A stretch of DNA of 64,000 nucleotides from Lytechinus pictus. Lineage: Eukaryota. Of the stretch, positions 51,201 to 62,400 are shown in pieces. The notes under the pieces were generated by a model that worked only from the letters and a program-made list of their open reading frames with translations, was not told where the DNA came from and did no database searches. Positions within the stretch are counted from its first letter, which is position 1, and the number at the start of each line of letters is the position of its first letter. A program made the position numbers and the translations under genes. The stretch is taken from assembly GCF_037042905.1 (NCBI RefSeq), contig NC_087252.1, positions 1,304,001 to 1,368,000 on the forward strand, written 5' to 3'.

Positions 51201-54200
51201 AAATAAAAGAAAGTAACATTCACAGAGAAATATGCAGAAATGTCATAAAGATCTTATAACAACTAACGAAATTAATTGATTTTAAAGTTTAACAATATTT
51301 TGTGTCCGAAATTTTCTTGTTCGTATTAAAGTTATGCTATAATATATGAAAACATAGAAATTTCATATTTTCATACATGTTTTTATGATGTCTCCCTTAT
51401 GATAAAATTAGTTGGAGCAATAAATCTTTATAAATTCATGAGTTGTCAATCAATGTTTTAATTCTTGAGGACAACATTTTAATGAACATGATTTGTTTTC
51501 ACCAGTTGACTTGGCAAGATAACGTATCCCGTCATGTCAACATAATAAGGCTATTAAATCGACTTGGTAAGATAATAGTATTTCGCCATCTCGTCAATTC
51601 TATTGCACTTTATAAAGACTCTGTTATTACAAAATAAGTTGGCAAACTACGAACATGGTCACATGTTTAATAGATTTCTCTGTATTTGTCTCTAAAATAG
51701 AAACACAAACTTTTAGTATTTTTCATTTCCCTTTATTTGGTTAACCATATCACACCTACAAACTACACCTCGTGACAGTCGTATATGCCTACCGCTTGTA
51801 TACAGGTTTTAATCATTTCCTTTAATACACTCAGCGCAATTTGAATTTACAGACTCCCAGGCGCTCCCAGGTATGAGTGGTAATAGGGGAAATCCCTTTT
51901 CCGTAATTGAAGGTCTGATAAACTATTATTGTTTTTGTAGTGTATGCTACGCCGAGGCTCAAGCTAAATATCTGATACTTACATGTAGAAGGAAATAGTG
52001 TAAGAATAAGCCGTCATAATTATTGTTCAAGGTTTTATGTGAATTCTGCAGTTTATATATTTATTTTTTCATGAATAATGTAATAAAACTGCTTGTTTTC
52101 CTTTTCCGCTGTTTCGAAAATACTATATTGATATTTCGCTAGATATTGAATGTGTATTGTTATGCTTATTAGAATAATGATTTTACAAATTATAATCATC
52201 TGTTAATCTATTTAAAATGTAACTGTAATTTTGTGATAGATTTTGACATAATAATCCCAAGATAATTTAATATTCTCTCTTTTCATTTCCTTTTTTTATA
52301 TTCCTTTATCTTTTTTTTATGGTCATGGAACGGTCGGGGTGTAGTGCCTAAGCCCCCCCCCCCCCCCCCCCCGTCAATCTACACGCCAGTGTTTCAGTGT
52401 TATATCGCCATGTACGATTTTTTTTACTCTTACATATTAAAACAATATCCCCCCATAATCATTGATTTAATTCATCTCGGTTTTTTTCTCTCTTCTGTCT
52501 ATCATTATTCTCCACTAGGATATCCTCCATCATCGGCTCCGTTCGCTGTCAATCCATTCGTCAGTCTATCAATCGCCATCGATTGCCAGAGAGCTACCGA
52601 GCAAGATTCTGATGGAGACACGTAAGATATTCATTTCGTGATATCCATTGTTGATCAACATTAGCCGACATTCTCTGCTATCATGATGGTCCTTTGTTTG
52701 TATTTAGTTTCCACTGTCAAGAGTTGTGACACGATTGAAACAGTTATCTTAATCGTGGAGTAATCGTCGTGTGAAATCGTATCAGATCTGAAGGTCATTC
52801 GTGGCAATCATTTTGATTCTTTAAAAAAAAGTGGAGGGCGAAAAAAAAATTCGCGATTAGCTACGGAATATCAATCGTAACTGATCGTACGACAACGGGA
52901 ACGAGGTATTAGTATTACGATTGGCCTACGACCCAAGGGCTGCCAACTATCACTTATACCTCGGTCACGTTTGCTCTACGGCGGCCGTACGGCGAGTCGA
53001 AACAGTCGTTTTATTAAATTTAATTCAAGCCACCTTCATGTATATATAGCTGGGAAAAAAATGTTTCGACTCGCCGTACGGCCGCCGTAGAGCAAATGTG
53101 ACCGAGGTATTATTGAGAGTGAGACTCACACATTTTTTGTCTTTTCTCACTCTAAAATTATGTTTCATTCGCATGCATTTCTAAATGATTTCACTCATTT
53201 TGACCCCTAAAGTAATTGGCCTGTGGGAGTCACTCTCAACTAAAGTTATCAAATGTTGGCACTGCTGCGACCCGAATTATCAATAAAAAGTTATTACAGT
53301 TATTGATGAGGAGATTTAGTCATGAATCCAGCTGGAGGCAAAAGTTCTGAATTGTCACTTGAATAAAAATCAATTGCTATTTCATTCTTTAAAGCGAATT
53401 CAATTCATAATCGTTATGACATCACAGCAATCGTACGATTAGCTACGATTGTAAGCCAATTATCTTCATGTTCTTATGTCCTTGATTAATTTTGTCGTAG
53501 CATTTAAAGCAAACAATTGTCCCCGTGTACCAAATTATATGTAATTATGTGAAATTGTCTCCTGAAATCTTTGCGCATGGCAGGCAACCTTTTTTTTTTA
53601 TTATTATTATGATTATGCACCAGCAACAGGTGCATCATATGTGAAATACACCTTCACGAGGGCGACACTTTCACCAGCAACTCTACCAGCCTGTCTCACC
53701 AAATCAAGGGCAACATCACATGCACTACCACTAATGTTGTATATCTCATCACTTGCAGAGTTTGTAGGGTACAATACATAGGGGAAACCAAGACCACACT
53801 CAAGAAACGATTCTACGGGCACAGATCCACTGTCAACACAGCAAAGCTGGACACTCCAGTTGGCCGCCATTTTAACCTCCCCAACCACTCCATCACTGAC
53901 ATGATGCTACAGGGCATCGAATCTTTAGGTACCCGTCCTGACTCAGTCCGTACTAGTAGAGAGAAGTTCTGGATGAGACGACTTCGCACCACCCAACCTC
54001 ATGGCCTGAACATCCAAGAGGGGAACGACTGATTATTCTTTCCTATCCACTTTCAATTTATATATACATATAATTTTTCCCCTCAGCTCTTTTGAATAGT
54101 TACATTATAGTTTCTTACTCTACTTTCCTCCCATATCTCATACAAGCTCAGCTCCAATTTTTCCTTCCTTATTCAGGCGATATAATAATTATTATATATA

Positions 54201-56340
54201 TATTTTTTTTCTCCACTCACCTCTTTTAGATTAACCACATTTGCTTATTTACATGTATACTATGGTTTCTTCATAATACACCCCCTCTCTTCTATATTTG
54301 CTTTTACCTTTTTAGGCAATTTGCTTCCTTTTTTCACATATACAGGTTTTTTTTCCTACTATATAGTCCTATGTTTTTTTCCCGTCACACCTAGCGGATA
54401 ACAATATCAGTTACACCATATGTGTATTTATATTCTTTCATATACATTTCTTTTTTGGATATATTTATAAACATATCACTTATAGATACATATTTACACT
54501 AACCTTCTTCTCTTAGTTTGTTTAATGCTTTATCATATATACTTATATGTCTTTTACACATTATCAGTTGTTCCCCCATTCTTTTCCTTCCCCCCCCCCC
54601 ACTCTTATGCACCAGTTTGTTATGCCTTTCTTTGTAACCTGTTTGACCCACCTCTCACTAATTCTCTTCCTCATACCCTCTATCACTGTTTTGTTCCAGA
54701 TCCTGTTTGATGTTGCCTGCCTCATTATCTTAATCCCTCTTAGCTTGAGGTCTTTTACTGGCCTTACTTACACTAACTTCCCTTTGTGTCTGCCTACTCC
54801 TTTTCTTTCATCCCCTTCACTAACCTGATTGGTCTTCTCTACTCACTAATGCCCCTTTTGTCTCCTTGTTTCTAGTGTTGCTGTAGCTTGTCTGTGGTCT
54901 ATATTATGGTTGTTCCACTTTATATGTTTGTCATTTTGCCTCCGACGAAGATTCTGATAGGATCGAAAGCTTAGGCCCCTTTTGACTTTCTAATTATTAT
55001 GATTAGTTTGTTAGAGGAAGAAACCAGTATTAAACTGTTTTCTTAGCATTAAACTGTTTTCTTAGCCCCTGTCTATCCTAGCGCTATTCAAACAAAAGAA
55101 GAAAAGGTTTCTTTCCTTGAATGCAAATAAGGAAGTTCATATCCTTGTCGAAGGTCAAGTATTTTACCAAGATGCGAATGTGCGAATATCATTTACAAAG
55201 TAATTTCGAACTATCGTTAAAAGGAATTGAAAATAAAGGGAGTAAATGCATTTTGGCGGGGGGGGGGGGTAGAATAATGAGGTCGATCAAAATGAGAGAT
55301 TTCGAGTAGTGGATAGAGGGCGTATTACGGTAATTTCTGTCCTATTTTTTACCCCTTCCCTTTATTATTTATTATCCATATTGCTATTTTCCCCCTAAAT
55401 TTTAATCGTATACTCTTATTTCCCCTGCATCTGTCCGTTGCATTTCTACTGTCTGTTTGTCTGCTGTCAGTTTTGTCTTTTTTGGTCTGCATCTTTCAGC
55501 CTTACACATTTCGAACAAATATTTTTAGAAGATTGTGGTAATTTGTCATAAAATACCTCAACCCCCCCCCCCCCCCCCGGACCGCCATCCATTCAATCTC
55601 CCAATGACGGTACTCTCCCCAGTGCCTCCTTTCCTTCGCTAGTATGTATTTCGTTGACTCCCGGAAACTCGGAGATATCTAGGTTTAAGATGTGCCGAGC
55701 GACAGATAAACACCGCTTTATCATATCCTTCATCTACCTTTAGTTTCCTGTACCCTCGATATTAGGGGAAACCCCTAGCTAACTTGACTCTTTGAAATCT
55801 ATCACGCCAACCCGCAAGTATGATGTTTACAGTCGGTCGCTGTTATGGCTCGTTGATTCGTGTACAGAATTAAACAAAGTTCATGTTGCTTCTTTTGTCC
55901 TTTATTCTTTAGTCGATCCTATTCGGAGATGTGAGTTAGATGTTAATTAGAATAAAAGATGGAATATATTCAATTTATGTGGGTAAAGTCTTGGAATGAA
56001 ATATCCGGGAGCTACTTCCTGTAATTGGATCCGGGATAATATGCTCTTTTTTTTCTTAGTGGTTCAAACCACTCTTAGAACATAGGATGCGACGAAAGAT
56101 TTATGATAATTTTCATTTATGTAGCCTTTTAATGTACAATTACTATTTAACGCTTTTCATGGCGTGAGTTGAACTTCCTACTTTATTGTTGAATTCATTC
56201 AACAAATAAAACATTCATTATTGAATTGCTGCTACTATTCTACTACTACTACTACTACTACTATTCTACTTCAATTACTACTACTTCTACTACTACTATT
56301 ACTACTACTACTACTATTACTACTACTACTACTACTACTA

Positions 56341-56392
<52 letters not shown>

Positions 56393-56403
56393 CACTACCA
56401 CTT

Positions 56404-56434
<31 letters not shown>

Positions 56435-59400
56435 TAGTGCTACTACTACTTCTACTACTACTACTACTACTACTCCCGTTACTACTACTACTTCTATTAC
56501 TACTACTTCTACTGCCCCTACTATAACTACTACCGCTACTTCTTCTGCTATGTAGATATATCTTAAACACCCATTTATCACATTTTACCTTCTATGCTCA
56601 GATAGTATATCGTAAAATTAATATATTTCTCTGATGATGTTTAATTTTCACAGTGCTCTTCACATTGCCATCGTTCAAGACAAGGCAGATATGGGTCTGA
56701 TCCGGAGATTGATTGAACTTGTTCAGTTAGCTGGAAAGTCTGTCGACATCTTCAATTTCATGCAACAGGTTAGAAGAACACAATTTTTTTTTCACAATAT
56801 TTTTTTTGATGGGGGGAGGGTGTTTTTTTTTTTTTTCAGAAACTGAAGGTATGTAAGGTTTCTTGAATTTCCACCAGTTTTCTACTATTCTTGTCCCTAA
56901 ATGCTATGTTTTGACTTGTGAGTTATATTAGATGATCCAGAATGGGTGCCACGACATTTGCTCCTGCGACAATTGCTCCGGACTTAATTTTGTCTAAGAT
57001 ATAGGGTTAGTGTTAGGACTGCAGTAGGATTTTATGTTAGGATTAGGGTAGGGTATAGTGTTAAACCCAGGGTTGAAGTTCGTCATTTGATTAGTGCGTG
57101 GAGTTTTGAGCGGAGCAATTGTCGCCAGAGCAAATGTCATGGAACCCCATAATGAGATACCTGCAATATTCCACAAGTTAGCCCTGGTCAATATTGCATG
57201 AATGATGAAGTGATATATTTCTGGTATTCATGCAGAAAGGGCATCCAAAATGGTTGTAAATATTAATACACTTAATTATTTCATCAGACCGTGCAATACT
57301 GTATGATAATGCACAGTAAGTTTTGTACATGAGCGTATGGAGAATTTGTGAGATTTTGGTGCTTCATGCAATATGCTCTTATATTGCCTCTGTATGCAAA
57401 GCATACAGACCAAAAGATGTACTTGCAATACTCTGCTAAAACCCCCTTCATTTAAAATCATTTGTTTTTATTTCATCACTTTTAATTAATATTCTAATGA
57501 ATGATATCTAAAAATAATCTATTCCGAGGCGCACTATTATTACCCCGCTTTAGCTTGAATTGATACCCTTTTATGATAAACTACTCCCCCCCATCTAGCA
57601 TGCATCATGAAACATATATTTTTTTACTTGATAATTTTTTATATATTTTTTCTTATGTATTTCATCCTTTTGATGATACCTTAACCTTAGACTCCCCCAT
57701 CTAGCATTCATCATGAAAGATAGAATTTTTTATATTAGCGCTTTTTATTTCACTTTTTTCACATGTATTTTTCCTTTTGATTACACCTTAGACTCCCCTC
57801 CATCTTGCATGCATCATGAAAGATTGTGACATCATCAAGTTGCTGATGGAAGCTAGTGCTAATCCGAACGAAGCGGATCGTAATGGTCAAACGGCCGCAC
57901 ATCACGCATGTAAGAACAACACAGAGAGATGCCTGGGTACTCTACTTAAATACACAGAGGTGGACGTCAATTTAAACATCAGAAATTATGAAGGTATGCT
58001 TTCAATTTTGAAGACCAGGAGGCAGGACCCCATCCCGTACATCTTTTTTCCCCCATTTTTTTAAAGGTCAAGTCCACCCCCGAAAAATGTTGATTTGAAT
58101 AGAGAAAAATCAAACAAGCATTGTGCTGAAAATTTCATCAAAATCAGATGTAAAATAAGAAAGCTATGACATTTTAAAGTTTCGCTTATTTTTCACAAAA
58201 CAGTGATATGCACAACTCAGTGACATGCAAATGAGACAGTCGATGATGTCCCTCACTCACTATTTCTTTTGTTTTTTATTGTTTGAATTATACAATATTT
58301 CACTTTTACAGATTTGACAATAAAGATAAACTGGATTGAACCATAAAGTATTAAACAATGCTAATTGCACGTGTTCAGGGAGGAATTAATCGTTGTTTCA
58401 TACAAGAACTGGGAGAAAATTGGAATATTTCATATTTCATATAATAAAATACAAAAGAAATAGAGAGTGAGTGATGTTATCAGTCTCCTCATTTGCATAC
58501 CGACCAGGATGTGAATATAACTATTTTGTGAAATTAAGCGAAAATTTAAACTGTCATAACTTTCTTATTTTACATCCGATTTTGATGAAATTTTCAGTGT
58601 TATGCTTGTTGGATTTTTCTCTTTTTATTCAAATCAACTTTTTGTTGGGGTGGACTTGTCCTTTAATCAATAATAAAATGCCTATTATTACAATTTTATA
58701 TTCATTAAAAAACGAAATAAAAAAACATTTATTGTTCTTTGTTCTTTCTTCACTTTACGAACTACCTAAAGCATAAAAATTGAGAGCAATTTTATTAATA
58801 GGATACAGAGACATTTAATTATTTTTTTAATTCACTGATTCCATGTCACCCCATCTGTTTTCTTTAATTACTTATTATAATGTTTTGCAAAGTAATTGTA
58901 ATGTAATTTAATGTAATATTATGTAACGTAATGCAATATAATTTATTATGCTCTTCATAATCCGTATACATGTATTACGTTAAGTTATAAATGTTAAGCG
59001 CTTAGAAACTACTGTAATAAGCGCTATATAAATGTACATTATTATTATTATTATTATTATTATTAAAGGTACCACAATTTTAGGATTAATCAACTCATCC
59101 ATTCAGATTTCAGGCTGACACTCATTTCATCTTTCTTTGCTAACAGGTTACACCCCTCTCCATCTAGCTGCTATGGTAGGCAACCCAACGCTGGTAACCA
59201 TGTTACTTGAGAAAGGAGCTGATATCAACTCAAAGGTTAGATAGACATGGATCATTTTATAACTTGTTAATTCTATGTGGTCAACCCCTTTTTATCACCA
59301 CTTTGTATTCACAATCACATTCCTTGGAAGACCATTAACTCTCTCATGTTAATGATAATAACGGCATATTTACCCAGGGTAGCCACTTCAGTTCTGAAAA

Positions 59401-62400
59401 ACTGTTTTCCCAGCGGGCCCTGCTATTATTATTACCCCGGCTTGAGCACGGCTACCTTGATCAGGTGCTTGAGCATTCGAGCAATTATTTCCTACCGGGT
59501 ACCTATTCACCTCGCCTTGGTCAAGTGCAGCACAATGTGGATAAATTTCCTGCCGAAGGAAATTATGCCATGGCTGGGATTTTAAACCCACGACCCTCTG
59601 TTTCAAAGTCCGGAGACTAATCCACTGGGCCACAACGCTCCACATTTGTTCCTAGAGGTAGAAGGGAGATTAGAAGAAGGGAGATTAAAGGAGGACAGAA
59701 GAAGAAGAGGAGAATGAGAGGAAGGAGAAGAAGAGAAAGAGGAAGAAAAACTCGGGGGAAAAAGTGAATGAGGATGTGATGACACAGAGAAAAAGGAGAA
59801 GAATGAGAAAAAGAAATGGCAAGACTACTACTTCTCAAATATTTCTCATACCCATGTTATCTAAGTGGTAAGCACTATGGTTACTATACAAGAGAGAAGA
59901 GTTCCAGCCTCTCTCTAATTGATATGTAACATCTTTCATTTTATCTGGATATAATGAATGACTGTCCACCTCTATTGTTAAAGGAGAATGAAACTCTTGG
60001 AGCAAGTTAGCATTTGTGAAAGCAGAAAAATCAAAGAATAAGACCAACAAAATTTTGAGTAAAATAGGACAAGCAATAGAAGAGTTATGAGCATTTGAAT
60101 GTCAAGATCACTAATGCTATGGAGATCCTCCCATTGGCAATGCGACCAAGATCTATGATGTCACTGATGAACAACTCTCCCCTTTTGGACGCTGAAAATA
60201 TACCCCAAAACATCTCTTTTTGCTCATTCTAATCATATGACAAACGATTCATCAATGATATAATGTTGTGAAACCTCTGTACTTGTCCTCTCATGAAGAG
60301 AACACCTCACCTTGTGATAGACTCTATAAAAGTGAGAATATAAGTGAAATAAGTACTAAAGTAATGAGGGAGTTTTACGTGTGTGACATCACAGATCTTG
60401 GTCGCATTGCCAATAGGAGGATCTACATGGCATTAGTGATCTCAATATTCAAATGCTCATAACTTTCTTATTGTTCATTCAATCTTCCTCAAACTTTCAA
60501 CAATATGTTTCTTTGATTTTTCTCTTTGATATGGATTCAGCTGGTTTCAAGGGTTTCATTCTCCTTTAATACTCCAGTTGTAGCATGACTACAACTGGAA
60601 GCGCCGTGGTGTAGCAGTTCTGACTCTCGCCTTGTAATCAGAGGGTCGTGTGTTCGAATCCCACCATGGCCTAGCGCCCTTTGGCAAGGCGTCAATCCAC
60701 AATTTGCCACTCTCCACCCAGGTGTTAAATGGGTACCCGGTAGGATGCGAAAGCCTATGTAGTATGCCTAGCTATTGAGTCTTGGAACTCTTGTTGGAAT
60801 GCTCCCCAGGGGGTGGATATATTGTATGCGGGCATGCAAGGATCCGATGACCGGGGTAATAATATATCTGTAAAGCGCTTAGAGACGTCGTTCCGATGTG
60901 TTAAGCGCTATATAAATGCAGATTATTATTATTATTATTACTACTGTGGTACGGTGCACAAGCACTCAAGATAGGACTTTCAGCCTCTCTCTGATCAGTA
61001 TTTTTTTTCTCATTTTGTCAGGATTCAAAGAATGGGTGGACCCCTTTGTTCCATGCTGTCACCAACCAAGATACCAAACTGGTCCATAATCTACTGAGCT
61101 CTGGAGCCGAGGTCAACATCCAATCTTACTCCGGTAACACCGTCCTTCACGTCGCTACCGGGCGTGGCTATACTGACATCGTCAAGATCCTTGTTCATTA
61201 CGGAGCTGACATGAGCCTCAAGAATACCCAGTGGGATACGCCGGCTACGATCACGACGGATAAAAATGTAAGTAGGACAATATGGGGGACCCTTTAAAAA
61301 AAAGAATGACACTTCACACATAATAGTTATAATTCATTGGTTTCATGATCCTTCCCCAGTGTCCTCCAAAGGTGTATTGGCTTTATTTGTTTGAGATCCT
61401 AAATTGATAGATAATCAGGTTATTACCAAATAAAAATGATTTCTCTGAAATCTGACAGATAAAGTCAAAGTGTTAGAGCCCCAGCATTCATTTTACATGT
61501 AGAAATGTTAAAAGAATAAAATTTTTAAATGATAAGTGTCTTGTTTTTCTTTTCAGATGTCAAGTCTGCTCCGTGGTCTGGGAGCGGGCAGTCCGCAGCC
61601 AAGCGAAGCTTCATCTCCGACCACCGCACCACCAACTCTCCCCATGCCTCTCAATGATGCCTACCTCATACACCCTCCACAACCTGGCTCCGCCTCGGCG
61701 TTAGCTGCTGCTGCCGCCGTTGCAGCTGCTGCTTTGGGACAATCTAAGAAGCCTTCAACGGTCACCACACTGACCACTGAAAGACTGAAGGGACCCGCGA
61801 ACGAGGTCTACGAAGTCACACGATCAGTGACACGTGGAGATGGAAAGATTTCTGATGAGCACCGGGCGATTCACAAACAGTTACAGGAGAAGCTGCGCCA
61901 ATCAATCCAAATCCGTCAGGTCAACGAACGCAGAGTTGGCGAATCTCACCAGAGGAAGTCTACTGAAGACATGTCTCCTGAACCGCACCTAGGTACCAAG
62001 AAAATAGTTATTGTTCCAGTGTCTGCAGGGGAGAGGGAGAAATTAGATCAAATAAGCTCATTACATTCAGGAAATAAAGCACTTTCAGACTCTCTTGGGC
62101 TAAGGGTTTCACTGCCGTCACAGATAAGCAAGAGATCACCAAAAGAAGGAGATGAGCAGAAATCCCAACATGTTGTATTAACACGGACAAAAGACACAAC
62201 TGAACAAGCTGATGGATCAGTGAAAGCAAATTCAACTCCTGATGTTGTACCCAAAATTGAAATCACATCCCCTGAGCCTGTTGACAAAACCGAAGCAAAA
62301 TCTGTAAGCGACAGCAGTCAGAGAGATATCCAGAAAGCTTCAGATAAGGATTGCAAACATGTCGTGTCAAGCAGTCCGTCAGATAGGTGTAACCATCAAA

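Noticed and set aside
56221..56581. Poly-Leu/Thr/Val/Ser ORFs (mucin-like)
   Set aside because: They come from the (ACT)n microsatellite inside an intron, with no splice support.
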